Shown: positions 15,301 through 30,300 of the stretch, piece after piece | Numbering within the stretch: the first letter of the stretch is position 1 | How the letters are laid out: every line of letters starts with the position of its first letter | Assembly (NCBI RefSeq): GCF_963676685.1 | Contig: NC_092353.1 | Location: 59,024,001 to 59,088,000, forward strand | Origin: Mytilus edulis | Lineage: Eukaryota | DNA length: 64,000 bases | Direction of reading: 5' to 3' | Notes under the pieces: generated by a model | The model's input: only the letters and a program-made list of their open reading frames with translations | What the model was told of the DNA's origin: nothing | The model's database searches: none | Program-made: the position numbers and the translations under genes

Positions 15301-18300
15301 TGGTATGATTGCCAATGAGACAACAGACCATAATGACACAGAAGTTAACAACTATAGGTCACCGTACGGCCTTCAACAATGAGCAAAGCCCATACCGCAT
15401 AGTCAGCTATAAAAGGCCCCGATAAGACAATGTAAAACAATTCAAACGAGAAAACTAACGGCCTTATTTATATAAAAAAAATGAACGAAAAAAAAATATG
15501 TAACACATAAACAAACGACAACCACTGAACTACAGGCTCCTGACTTGGGACAGGCACATACATAAATAATAAGAGTTCAAATAACTTATTGTATGAAAAA
15601 GAAATCTTTTACTCCGTGAAGCATGTGTAGCATTAGAAAAATGATTTTCTGGGTGTAATTTGTGAAAAAATAATTTTACTTCGTAACTAGAAATTATGAC
15701 CACATATGCGAGAATGTCTTAGCTTCGAAATAAAATGTCCAATTGTATTTTTGTCAGTCTGTCGAGTTAAGCCTTTTTCAACTGATTTGTATAGTTCATT
15801 CTTATGTTGTACTTTTATACCACTGTCCCAGGTTAGGGGGATGGTTGGGATCCCGCTAACATGTTTAACCCCGCCACATTCTGTATGTATGTGCCTGTCC
15901 GTATACAGGAGCCTGTAATCTAGTGGTTGTCGTTTGTTTATATGTTGCATATTTGTCTTTTGTTCATTTTTTAGGTAAATTAGGCCGCAGGTTTTCTCAA
16001 TTGAATTGTTTTACATTGCCATTTCGGTGCCTTGTATAGCTGACTATGCGGTATGGGATTTTCTCATTGTTGAAGGCCGTACGGTGACCTATAATATTTG
16101 TGTTATTTTGGTCACTTGTAGAGAGTTGTCTCATTGGCAATCATACCACATCCTTGTTTTTATATATACACATCCACATTTACACTATGGCTAAAATAAT
16201 TGAAGAAAAGGCTACCATTTCTAGCTTCCTGGATTGCATTATGCATGTTTATCCATTTCAAAAATAAGCCTTACTAAGATGTCAAAGTCAAGGCCAAATT
16301 AAATCTTTCACAGCATAAAAATACAAATAAATCACATGATATTTTATACATGTTTTACCTCATTTGCTTTTTAGTTTTGTTATAATTATAATCAAATACC
16401 TACTTGCTTTACAAATGTCATCCATTGGGTCGCGAAATTGCATTCTGGGATCTTGACAATCTGAAACAAAACAGGGCAATTGTGTAAAGCATGTCTTTCT
16501 ATACTCTTTTTTTAGGAATGAACATATAACACGATTTTTTTTCAAATGACTTATAGACAATAATATATTGGTTTAAATCAAATTACATTGAGTCGATTAG
16601 AAGAGTAAGGTGATGTTGATATATTTACCCTGAAATGAGGGATCACAATCTCTAAGAAACAAAGTGTTCTTGTACTTCAAAAAATATTTACTGATTCTAA
16701 ACATATTATAGATATCTTTCTTTGAAAGATAAGTGTTGCTTGTATTTCCTAGTTTGTCTTTTCCTTAAAGAGAAACTGATGTCGAACAGGCTTATTATGT
16801 CTTCGAATCTTATCGGATACCGTCTCTCTTACAGTGAGTTACATAATCGGTACAAAATATTATCAGTTTCATTGAAATTTTAGATGTTTCATCATTCTGT
16901 GGAAATACCTGCTGATTTTTTTTCTGGTTACCAGACCATAATTATTCAACTTGATTTTTATCTAATTTTTTAAGGAATTTTTTTAAGTGTAATTGGTTGA
17001 AACTTTCCCGTGGCAAAAACTTCAGATGGTGTCCATGTAAAATAACCTATTCACAGATATTGAACCAGAGATTTTTTTATTTCGATTGATTGCGGTTTTC
17101 AAGTTGATTAGTTTAAAGTAACCTATCATATGACACTTGAAGTGACTCTGAGTAAATCAGAAGTTGCATTTTGTTGCCCCCACCTTTAAGACAAATATAA
17201 CTTACTTTTGAAAAAAAACGAGTGTTAGAAATTACAATTGTACCGTTTATACTTACCACAAAAGGGAATATTGCAATATTCCCATTTTTCATCAGGATCC
17301 ATGGTATAACACCAAGGTGTTGAATGATCGTAAAAATTTCGACAATAGTTGTGTTTAAATCTGGATAACACTGTAAAGTTTTCAGGATGATGAGGAGTAG
17401 TTGAATCCCACCTCTGACAGTTCCTGTTGCTTCGGGTAACGCTGATCGTTCCTAGATATTCAGTACCTTTTGCTGTCTTTTTACACTCAAGACAATAAGG
17501 AATAGTGCAATACTCCCAACGCTCATTAGGGTCAATGGTGTAACACCAAGGTCTGCTCTTATCGCTATCAGTTGGGTTACGACAAAAGTTGTGTTTAAAT
17601 GTATCTACTAATGTATAGTTTGTAGGATAATGAGGAGTAGTTGAATCCCACCTCTGACAGGTCCTGCCTTCATCAGTTACGTTGATTGCCCCTCGATATT
17701 CAGTACCTTTATCTGTGCTCTTACACTCATCGCCTGCAATATTCAAACTAACAAAGGTAATATAATTGATGTCAATAACTGTCTTTTTTAACTGTGAATT
17801 GAAACCTAATAATGTTATCTATCATACATAAATTGATCCGTCGTCGTAAAGATTGTATAATAGTTTTTTTGTTGTTCAATTTATTTGTAAGATAATATAA
17901 TATTGTTGACCTTGTAGCTGTATTTTCAGCTTTATTTGATTCAAAATTACAGGCTGTGTTGTGCCGATCTTATGTGTTATGCCATTTTCAGTTTTTCGAC
18001 GTTGTTTTTTTTATTCGTACTTTTTCGCCTTTAATCGGCATTATCTCAGGTTAGGAAAAGAGTTTAGAGCTGAACGTTGTTCCCTTCTACATGTGCCTTT
18101 ATAAAGTCAGAAGCCTGTAATTCAGTGCTGGCTGTTTGTTGCGCTCTTGTTTCTTTTTCTATTTGTGAGTTTGAAAATCCCTTTTTTTATCGTATGACTC
18201 ACTCGGTAAAACATTTATATCTTCAACAAATAACTAAGCTAGCATTTTGCTGCAGCCAGGGCAAAAATCAAAAACGACGACATGACAAACAAAAGTATTT

Positions 18301-21300
18301 TAAACACAAGTTTGAAAACTAAAGACTGAGCAACGCGTAACTAAAAACACTTTGACCATGCAATATATTTCGTTCCGAAATATGAAGATGTGGTATGATT
18401 ATCAATGTTTTATCACCAAATACTAAATGATATAATAGAAGTTATTTACTACAAATAAAGTATATTGATGAGTTTGTTTCATTAACTAATAAACAAGTGA
18501 ACTTAATTTTGTCAACTCAACTTAAAGATAAACACATACGTGGGTAACAGCTATTATCATGTTCGTTATAGAAATGCGCTGGTTCACAATCACATGTCCC
18601 AGAAGCACAAATTAAAGGAGAGAAACAACTGCTTACAGTTGTCGAACAAGGATCCTGGTAGCTTCCAACTGTCAAAAAATCAATCAAAATATATTCTTAT
18701 AATATTAAATATACGTAATCTACCGGAGGTTATAACCAAATTGTAACATATATATTACCTTTAAAGTTATTAAATATATACAAATATTAATAATTTTGAT
18801 CCCTAATTTGATGGGGAAAAACCTGACTCAGACATAATGCCATTATTTTCTTTTTATTAATATTCAAGTTCTGGTCTGATTATTGATTACTTTTTATACC
18901 TCAGGTTTGAATGTTAGAAATAAAATTAAGGACTATTAAAATATATATTGATTGAGTGGAGGGAAGTTAAATTTTTGAATGTAGGTAATTGGTCCTTTTT
19001 TTCAGTTTGCGTCTATGCATATAATCCTTAAAATCGTTCTTGGTCGGAGGGATATTTTGAAAGTCTCTGCTTACCTTACCACATACATTTAAATGGAATA
19101 GCCCTGGAAAATTTAAGCTTAAGATTGCAAAATTTATTCTTACATAAAAAAGTGACATTATTTTTATATCATTAACATCCTTGACAAATAATAGTTCATA
19201 TAGTGATTACAATTGAGAATGGAAATGGGGAATATGTCAACGAGACTACAACCCAACCAAAGGAGCAGACAACAGTCGAAGGTCAACAATGGGTCGTCAA
19301 TATAGCGAGAAAATCCCGCATCCGGAGGGGGTCCTCAGTCGGCCCCAAATAAAATTGTGTACTAGTTCAGTGAAAATGGACGTCACACTAAACTCCAAAA
19401 CATATAAATGAACTAGAATTATTCATACTAATCAACTTTCGAATCTGTTGCATACATTTACCGAATTGTGACATTGAGTTGTCTTTCCCTCATAAACCCG
19501 CCTTATCTGGAAAATGGTGTGAACCACATGTTACAATGGTGTATAATTTATGTTTTCAATATGAACAGTAAAGTAAAATTATAACTGAAAATATCCAGAT
19601 AAAGTAACTATTTGTGATACAAATTTTATTGTCTGCCAGCTTAACGTCTTTCTTTAATTTGCCGTAATACATTTGTAAGAGGATAAAATGAAAAAAAAAT
19701 ACATTTTAAAAATGTCATACCTTATTTCTTTTGAGCTGTGTCTGACTTACAATTAAGCACTTACTTGCTTTACAAATGCCATCCGTTGGGTCTCGATACT
19801 GCGTTTCCACATTTTCACAACCTAAAAAAATAGTATTGTAACAGTAATACTTGAGTAACAATTCAAATATGCGGGTCTAAAGCAAGATACAATATGACGA
19901 CGAGTCAAATTTTACAGGAAGGTGATTTCGAAATATATGTCCCTTAAAAAAGTATAACAAACACAAAGTATCGAAGTGTATTTGTGACAGATAAAAATTT
20001 TAACAAATCGTTTAATCAGCTTTATTCGTTTAGAAATAATCAAATTGTACTATACTGAAGAAATGTTAGTCTGTTTGTGTTTTCTAGATTGATGAAATCA
20101 AATTATGAAATGAAATACATGATTGTTGTCCTACATACAGGCTTATTAACTTTTTTTTAAATCATAAAGACAAAAATAAATTCTTACAGTGAGATACAGT
20201 TTACATTTAAGGATAAAAAGTATAATTTTAATCTTAATGATAGAGGTGTCCACCTTTTTGTAAAGATACCCTTAGATTTTGGACAAGTTATATTTTTTTG
20301 TAGAACTACATATGATTTTTTATCAGATTATTAGATTCTTTTTACTTCTTCGTTACAAGAACTTGAGAAAGTATCCGTGTAAAGTTACCCTACATAGATT
20401 GGAAAACCTAGATGATATTTTTAATCCGGTTGTAGCCAATTGTTTGCGATATTTAAGTAGAATTGGTTGAAAGTAACTATTTTTTGTTTTGTTTTTTGAA
20501 GTGACTAAGAGTAAGACAGAAGTTTTTTTTCCGTTGCTATCACTTTCATTCAAAATACAAATCTCTTTTTTAAATCAGCGAGTATTAGAATTAACATTCT
20601 AACGATCATTTTCATATATGATATCAATAAATGTAAATACAATGGCGGAAAGAAGTTTGATTTTACATGTACATGAATTTTAATTTATACAAGCGGCAAC
20701 ACCACCGTTTTACTATTTAAAACTGGAACATGTGTTAAGAATATATAAAAAAGGAAAAAAAAAAAACTCGTAAAATCGAACAAACTGTATAAAGTTCAAA
20801 AACTGTCGTCCATAGGATCGTGGCTTCCCGTACGATATTTTAAGGCGTATAAGTACGCGGAAGGAATCAGGAAACGTAAATTTGTAGTCCTTACGGGCGT
20901 AGAAAGAAGTGATAAACCTGGCGTTAATTTAAATAAGGAAGGTGTGAATTTTTCTACTAGCGTAAAACTGTTGGTATGGCGTATATCATGATGCTGAGTT
21001 TTAAGGATTATAGGATATTTTTTTCAAAATTTGGCTCTTTGGTATTAGTTTGCAAGATTTGGACTTATGATCTTTATATATTCCTTATATATAATCATCT
21101 AGTTAAATTGCAGTACTATCATTGATAGTTAAGTTCAAATGATATTAATTTTCAAGAACGAAGATTTGTCATAGTTCTTATTTAAGGAGGTTCGCTACTC
21201 AGTTTCAAAATAACAAGCTTTTCATAACACTAGTGTATATCGATAAGGGATTTATAAAGGAACCAAAAAAGTAAAGATAAAGTATAGGTTAATATGCATG

Positions 21301-24300
21301 TTTTCGATACTAGGCCATTGAAACTTTGGCGGGAAAATTTCTCCCTTGCCTTTTCATATCTTTATCATTGACAAGTTTAAGTTCTCAAAAACTATTAAAG
21401 GATAACAACGATTTTGTAAGACTTTTACGGATGGCTTATAGTGATTCATGTTAAAGATTTATAAAGAGAAAAAATGGGGCCAATGGACTTTTTTTAAGGC
21501 TTTCAAATGGATAAAACCAGAGGATTCCGAAAGGATTCCGAAAATCTGACTAAAATTCCAAAACATTACAAGCGAACTTCCTTCAACTGAAAACATGACA
21601 AGCGAACTTCCTTCAACTGAAACTTATTTGGACCAGTGTCTGTCTAATATGTACTTATTTATATAGCTTCTTAATGCCTCAAGTTTTATGTCAAACATTG
21701 AGAAATTTAAGCAAAATTACAGACGTTTGTATCAAAAACACAAAAGTACACAGCTAGGGAAATACATTGATTTACATTAAGTGTTGTTTTATATAAGGAT
21801 ATAACACCTGGTTTATTTATTGACCAGGCGTTTGCATTTTCACATTAGGACTGGTTTTCTGTCAACCAGGCGTACTCATTTAAATATTACTCTGGATTCA
21901 TTTATTTTCGTGGGTATCAATAACCATGGATAAAGGAAAAATTGTATGTTCATGGATATTTAATTTTGTGGTTTTGCTGAGGTCTGCATACAGGTCTATA
22001 GAAAATTTGTCATTTGTTTAAGAAATAATTGATGCAGTTTTATGTGCAGTTTTTTTGTATGTAGTTTTAACCAGGGAAGGCATTATATTCGTGATTTTAT
22101 TTGCTCGAGCGATAGTGAGGGCTAAAATAACACGAATATAATGCCGACCAATGCTAAAACAACAATAAAGAATATTTTGCATCAATTATTTTTTATTCTG
22201 ATTAGGACAATTAAGGTAATTTCTATGTCCTATGTGTATAAGTGTAGAAGGTTTGTGTACGCTCTTCCACGAAACTACGTTTTGTCTGTAAACAAGCAAA
22301 TGACTTGCATTGTGATTTTTCAGAAGGAGGAGTTTGAACAGCCAGCATGAACGGACGTATCTAGGTCAAATATGTCAATTTTTAATTGCAACACATTACA
22401 AATAATAACAACAAATGCATCACAGTTTAGAAGTGTTTTAAGTTAATGAAATATATCAAATGCATGCCAATTTGATCAAATTCATTATTCTGCAGTAGTC
22501 AATTTACGCATGGGCAAAAAAAAAATTATTGGATTAAGAGCATGGGTTTTTTAAAAAGCGAAAGAAGCACGTCATATTAGAATGAACATTTAATTTCTTA
22601 GTTTACCCGTACCCACGAAGTCCAGGAAAATTGGTATCAAACGAATATAGTTAGTTGCTTTCAAGGCACATTCCTGTAAATGAAATCAATATAATTGAAA
22701 CAAATCTGATACATAGGATGTACCTCAGGGTTGGTTTTTTCTCTTTTGCAGTCAGGTATCAATGCTATTGGAGTCAAATGGAGAAATATACAATAATTGT
22801 TACAGTCATTTCCGAATGTCAAAATTGAAAATGCTAAAAAAAATATTTTGGTGCAAACAGTTTTCCAAATAACGAAAGCATCGGAAAAATTTCTGAAGTT
22901 ATAGTAAGTTGATCTGTTTTTTGTAAGATGATTATGAAACGGTGATTTTCTTAAATATTGCAGGCCTTTTATTAACCAGAAAAAACAAAAACTTTACAAA
23001 AAGGAATTTTCTTATCTTAAAAATATCATTTTAAAAAGTTCCATAAACTAAAAACTCTTCAATCAAATAAAGGCGGAAGAACGATTAATATTGTGATAAT
23101 CGTTGAAAGGTATTTATACGGTCCCCTCGATTGATTTACTTGTTTAATGTGTCTATATGTATCAACTCACTTTCGATAATTTTCACTGTGTTAGATCTTG
23201 ACATACGAGAAGTAGTGTGTGATCTATACACACATTGATTATGTCCTTTCCGATTGACTGATATTGACTTAGTATGGATTTGCATTTCGAATGATTCAAC
23301 ATACTCAACCTATAATTGCACATGATTTCGCTCTTCTATGAATTAATGTGATCTCTCCACACTCTAGTTTTACTTTCGTATCTTTTAAGTGGATTGATGG
23401 AGTTTTAACATAGTTAAACTTCTGCTATTTAAAATATATACTTACTACAGAAGGGAATATCACAACGATCCCACGTGTCATCAGGGTCTGTGGTATAACA
23501 CCAAGGTGACGAATCACCGTCTGGATTACGACAATAGTTATGTTTCAATGCTGACAAGAACGTAAAGTTTTTAGGAAGATGAGGAGTTTTTACATCCCAT
23601 CTCTGACAGATCTTGTTGCTGACAGATACGCTGATTGTTCCTCGATAATCAGAACCATCTAATGTCGTCTTACACTCACGACAAAAGGGAATATTGCAAT
23701 ACTCCCAACGGTAATCAGGGTCCGTTGTATAACACCAAGGTGATGAATCACCGTCTGTATTACGACAATAGTTGTGTCTATATTTACGTATTAACGGATA
23801 GTTTTGAGGATAATGAGGAGTAGTTGAATCCCATCTCTGACAGGTCCTACCGCTGACAGTCACGCTGATCGTTCCCCGATATTCTGCGCCCTCGGTTGTC
23901 GTCTTACACTCCTCGCCTACAATATTCAAACTAGACAAGATGATACAATTAATGGGGATTTTATTTGTTGTTTTTTTTTATCTTAGCAGTAGTTGGCACA
24001 AATCTTTGGAATTTTGGGTTATCAATGCTCATCAGCTTTATACTTGTTTTGCTTTCTTGATATTTTGATCTGAGCGTTAATGATAGGTCTCATGTAGACT
24101 AAACACGCGCGTCTTGTGTATCAATATTATATAAGTCTGGTACCTTTCATAACTATTTTTGTCCCTTACAGTATATTACTACAATTACACCACCATCTGT
24201 GGTAAAGGGAAGAGTTGAAAGTTGCGCAGACGTTATCAATCCCGCAAACTTCTTATTGTGGCTGTTCTTAGTCAGGGGTATGTTCGTCAAGGATTGCCGT

Positions 24301-27300
24301 ATGTTGCTGACTTTCATTTATTTTTATTTTCATTTATTTTTCGTTTAAATCATGCTGATTTTGAACTTTTTTACATTTGTCCTTTTCGGGATTTGTTTCA
24401 ACTGACTATATGGTTATTCGTAAAGGGCTAATCTATCAAAATGTATGCAGGGTAGGCAGGGACTTTCAAAATATCCCTACAACCAAAAACTTTTTTTTAG
24501 ATAATTTTGCATAAGTGTAATAGACGCATATTGAAAAAGACCCATGGCCCACCTTCAATAATTGAACTTCTCTTCCTACCTTCTAACATACATTTTTATT
24601 AAATATCCCTAAATACTATTGTGATTCCGAATATGTCAAAAAGAGAGGTAAATTGATATCAACGGAATGTTTTAACGCATAAGTTGGAACAGACTTACAA
24701 TGCCCGGGCAATAATGAAAACCGACACAAACACAAATAGTAAAAAAACTATAAAAAAAAGGAGCAACACGAAACCTTTTTTTTTCTTCGATTTTTTTTTT
24801 TTTTTTGTAATATATAATGATATATTTATAAGTTTGTTAGAATTGATTGACACTTTACTTTATCAACGCAACTGTTCACTTGTTGACAGTAAACAGTAAA
24901 GTACTAGTGTTCAGAAGTCCTAAATCGGGAGAAAACAAACTCGAGTTACAAACTAAATCTGAGAGAAACAAATGAACTATAAGTATAGGAGGGAATACAA
25001 GGAACAGCAACACTGAATTACAACAAAACCATACGTCAATATACATCGAAAATTACTATATTTGATGACAACTGCCATGTTCCTGACTAGGTACAGGACA
25101 TTTAAGAAAATGGTGGGTTAAACCTGGTTAAATGGCTAGCCAAACCTTTAAAAATCACCATCTTTTTGCGGTTTTTTTGTTGGCAATATGTATTTATAAG
25201 TTTGTTCAATGATTTTTGTCAAATAACACAAGAACTTATTCTTTCTTCACGAGCATATGTGATACACGCTATCCAATATCTGTTTTGTTTATTTGTTTAA
25301 TTTTTAGGGACAGTTGGTGGTATTACGAGGGGATACCTTCTGTGTTGACATGAATATCAATAATGTGATCATTTTTATAAATTTCCTGTTTACAAAACTT
25401 TGAATTTTCGAAAAACTAAGGATTTTCTTATCCCAGGCATGGATTACCTTAGCCGTACTTGGCACAACTTATTGGAATTTTGGATCATCTATGCTCTTCA
25501 ACTTTGTACTTGTTTGGCTTTATAAATATTTTGATTTGAGCGTCACTGATGAGTCTTATGTAGACGAAACGCGCGTCTGGCGTACTAAATTATAATCCTG
25601 GTACCTTTGATAACTATTTATACCACTGGGTCGATGCCACTGCTGGTGGACGTTCGTCTCCGAGGGTATCAACAGCCCAGTAGTCTACACCTCTGTGTTG
25701 ACATGAATATCAATAATGTGATCATTTTTATAAATTTCCGGTTTACAAAACTTGGAGTTTTCGAAAAACTAAGGATTTTCTTATGCCAGGCATAGATTAC
25801 CTAACCGTATTTGGCCCTTTTTTTTTGGAATTTTGGATCCTCAATGCTCTTAAATTTTGTACTTGTTTGGCTTTATAAATATTTTGATCTGAGCGTCACT
25901 GATGAGTCTTATGTTGGCGGAATTATGTAGACGAAACGTGCGTCTAGCTTACTAAATTATAATCCTGGTACCTTTGATAGCTATTTATGTGTAAACCTGT
26001 TATGGCCCTTTTCAGGGTGTTGTTAACTGTTATCATAGATCAATTAAAGCTGTTAACTGTTTTCAACCCAAAATGTAACTGTTAGCCAAAATCGAGGTGC
26101 TGTTTAAAACATGTTAACTTATTGTCCCCTTTATTACCACTTTCTTGATATCTTATCATGACAATGACTGGAACAAAATATTAAGAATTGTATAATAAGC
26201 GATATTTTTTTAAAATGAAAAAATAAATAACTTAAAGGTTCCACAAAAAAAAATGTTCCATAATAATAATTTATGATACAAAGGGTAAGGTCGGCCACTA
26301 ATTTCGCTCAGTATCTATAATCACACAAACAAATCGCCTAGGAATATCTGGAACGATCAGAACTATAGATTTCAATATCTAAAAAGCATTATTCTAGGAC
26401 AAACACAAAATATATGTACTGACATGCGACATGTTTCAATTTTAAACAAGTGACTGCATTTACTTCTTGTGTTGACTTTTAGAGCGAGAACAGAACTATA
26501 GAATAAACCCTTATCATCTTCTTTAAAGGTGCCAAAAGTATGCAGTTATGAAAAGTATGCAAAGAATATTCTTATTATTTAACTTATTGTATAAGTGGAT
26601 TTTTTTTACCTTATCATGCATGAAATACCTCGTTTGCTTTTTAGTTGCGTTAGTATTAGTTGCGTTAGAATAAGTTCCATTCTTACCTGCTTTACAAATT
26701 TTATCCATTGGGTCACGAAACTGCAATCTAGGGTCTTGACAATCTATAAAAAAGAATATTATTTCAACTGGGCAATTATCTTGAGCATGTCTCTCTTTAC
26801 TTTTTTTTTTGCTAGGAATAAATATTTTACACGATTGTTTGATAACATTGCGTAAAGACTATAACATAATGATATAAACACGATAACATAATTTACAATA
26901 TGACTTAGATTTCTGTTGAACAGTTAGTTAATTTCGACAAATCTATCATTCAACAAAGTAATAAGTAACGAGAGAGTACCTGGCTTGTTATTGTTTTAAA
27001 TCTTAGAGTAGATCGTCCTTCTAACAGCGAGTTAGACAATTGTTACAAAACAGTTATACAATTACTTTACCTTGTCTTTCGAAGATTATACAATTTGACT
27101 TTGATTTGATTATTTGATTGATTTTTACTTCTCCTTTTCAAGAACCTAATAAAGGATCCGTGTTAAGTTATCTAATATAGATAAATGTATGAAACCGGAG
27201 ATTAAATGTTTTATTTCGATGACAAACTATTGCAGTAGTATTTCGTAGCAAATAAGTTCAGAGGGGCGTAACTCATAGAAAAAAACCTAAATTATAATTT

Positions 27301-30300
27301 CTTGTCGATATGCGCATCTACAAAGTATGTCTTTATTACAAAGTGTCATGAAATTCTGTTGTGTTGATTCAGAGGAGTTGTGATGACAAACTGTTTCAGT
27401 AGTATATTGAAGCAAATAAGTTCATAGGGACGTATCTCCTAGAAAAAATTGAATCATAATCTCCTATCAATATGCATATCTACATAGTATGTCCTTATTA
27501 TTTGAAAATGTTTCGTGGAATTCTGTTGTGTGGTTTCAGAGAATATTCGATGACAAGAACAGGACTGACCGACGGGTCAAAATCATCATATCCTCCGTAA
27601 CGTCGTTGCGGGGTGTATAATAAATGTAAATGCAACGGTGGAAAGAAGTTTGGTTTGACCTGTACATGCAATGATTTTATACAAGAGGCAATAATATCAA
27701 ACATGTTTGTTTGCTGAAACTAATGTAGCAAATTTCTAAATGACATATATACATGGAACTTTATTTTGCAATTTACAGTAAGTTCATTTCGTCCAAAAAA
27801 AATATTGAACAGTGGTTTACTAAGGTTTTTCTCAACCAGGATATATTTCAACTTCTTACAAAATAACAACAAGTAATTTTGCCGATCTTTGAAATGATCA
27901 TATGAAATAATTTAAATACCATTAGCTGTTCCAACAAAACTATAAGAAATAACGACTTAAATTGATACTTTAATTCACCTGTATTGGTCGACCAATATAA
28001 TATGTCAGTGTTTAAATTCAATTGAGATACTTTTCACTGTGTTCTTGCGATTCAAGAAGAATTTTCTAATGAATTATAATCGTAGATGATGCAACAAAAG
28101 AGACGCTTACCCTACTATCAACGCACCTATTTTAGCTCTTCATTCAATTCGTGTGATGTCCTCTCATTTTAGTGTTTCACTGCTGATTTTTTTCATCTTT
28201 GTGGATTTAATGGACATTAACATCGGTTAACTACTGTTACTAAAATCTATACTTACCACAAAAAGGAATATCGCAAAAATCCCATTTGTCATCCGGATCC
28301 ATGGTATAACACCAAGGTCCGCTATCTTTGTCGACGATTGGATTACGACAGTAGTTGTGTTGATATTTAGATACGTCCGTAAAGTTTCGAGGACGATGAG
28401 GAGTTTTAACATCCCATCTCTGACAGCTCACGTTAGCGCGAGTGACGCTGATCGTTCCTAGATATTCAAAACCTTCTGCCGTCATTTTACACTCAAGACA
28501 ATAGGGAATAGTGCAATATTCCCAACGCTTATCAGGGTCAATGGTATAACACCAAGGTCTGTCCTTATCGCTATCAGTTGGGTTACGACAAAAGTTGTGT
28601 TTAAATGTATCTACTAAGGCATAGTTTGTAGGAGAATGAGGAGTAGTTGAATCCCACCTCTGACAGGTCCTGCCTTCATCAGTTACGCTGATTGCCCCTC
28701 GATATTCAGTACCTTTATCTGTTCTCTTACACTCATCGCCTGCAATATTCAAACAAACGAAGATTATGAAATTGATGCGGATCATTGTCCTTTTTTTAAC
28801 TGTGTATTGAAACTTTATATTGCTATATATCATACATGAACTGATCCGTCGTCGTTATGATTATAAAAGAGTATTTTCCTCGTTCACTTTATCGCTAAGA
28901 TAATATAATATCGTTGACTTTGTAACTGTATTGTCAATTTGTTTGATTGGAATTACAGGCTTTGTTGTGTCGATCTAAACAGTTATGGCATTTTCAGCTT
29001 ATTCTTTGTTGGTTTTTTTTGTTGTACTTTTTGCCCCTAAGCAGCATATCTAAAGATAAGGAAAAGAGTTAAGAGCTTAACCTTGCCCCTTCTAAATATG
29101 CCTGTTCCAAGTCAGGAGCCTATACATGGTTGCTGTTTGTTGTGGTCTTGTTTCTTTTTCAATTTGTGAGTTTGAATATCTCTTTATTGCGTCACCAAAA
29201 CGGAGTTTTGAAAACTTTATTTTTTTGTCCCGTTTCTTATTATTAAGTCACCAAAACGGAGTTTTGAGGACTTATTGTTTTGTCCCGTTTCTTGTTATTA
29301 TTCTTATTTTTCTCTTTCTGACCCCTTAAACTGTCCTACCATTTTTTTGGAAGCAGTAGAGGATGGAACTTTATATTTTTTCTGTGTATGAGTCTGTATC
29401 ATGGGGGTTGCAGAACCCAATGTCCATGATACCAGGGTGTCATTTTTGCATAATTAGGGGGGCTCAAAGATGGTTGGGGTCAATTTTTTTTTTACATTTC
29501 TTAAATTTTCTACTGCATATAGAGTAGACGGAATTATGATTACTATTAGGATTATTTTGAGACACATGTCTGCTCCTATATGGAACTTATTTTATTTCAG
29601 TAGGAGGTCTCATTGGCATAATTTTAGGGGGTGATATTTCATAGAACATTCCGAACATCATTGTTAAATTTATTCTAGAGACATTAAATGGTATATGATG
29701 GTATATAATTATAGAGGGAACAAATTGCAGTGGAGATTTGACTTACAAATATTCAAAATGGCCGCCGTTACCATGGAAACAGCAAAAATACGAAAAACTT
29801 CAAAATGCTGAAAATTTAATGAAACTTATAACAAATGTTGCCTAGCTTATGTAGACTTGACTTTTGAGTTTGGAATTTTCAAAATGGCCGCCGTTGCCAT
29901 GGAAACAGCAAAAATGTCCAAATTTCAAAATGCCTCAAATTTGATGAAACTTAAAGCAAATGTTGCCTAGTATATCTGGACTTGACTTTTGAGTTTTGAA
30001 TTTCCAAAATAGCTGCCGTTACCATGGAAATGGCTCAATTGTAAAAAAAAAATTAAAATTCTTCATATTAAATAAAACTTTACACACACATTATCTGGCA
30101 TCATGGATACTTCAGAACAATGATGTTGTGTCCGTTTTGGTGACTTTTGTGTTAGCATCCTAACACAGGATTACTTGTTATTCTTTTTCTTTTTTTTTGC
30201 TCCCCCTTGAAACTGTCCTACCATTTTCTTGGAAGTAGCAGAGGATGGAAACTTTATTTTTTTTCTGGGTATGGGTCTGCACCATGAGGGGTGCAGACTC

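Larger units (their letters stand above)
25336..25986 (+). mobile_element. Retrozyme family A, tandem ~1.8 units (cleavage sites 367 nt apart)
   Basis: Direct repeat tgtgttgacatgaatatc...cctggtacctttgata; each unit contains a hammerhead core. Confidence 0.85.

Noticed and set aside
25625-25681. HDV-like ribozyme call for the shared pseudoknot motif
   Set aside because: The strand order resembles P1/P2/P3, but there is no room for P1.1, P4 or the catalytic-C J4/2 strand.
23920-26680. A missing EB exon between L4 and K9-K10 (and between L6 and K13-K14)
   Set aside because: I found no cttccaactg-type acceptor or six-Cys frame in either intron, and the direct L-to-K junctions are in frame.
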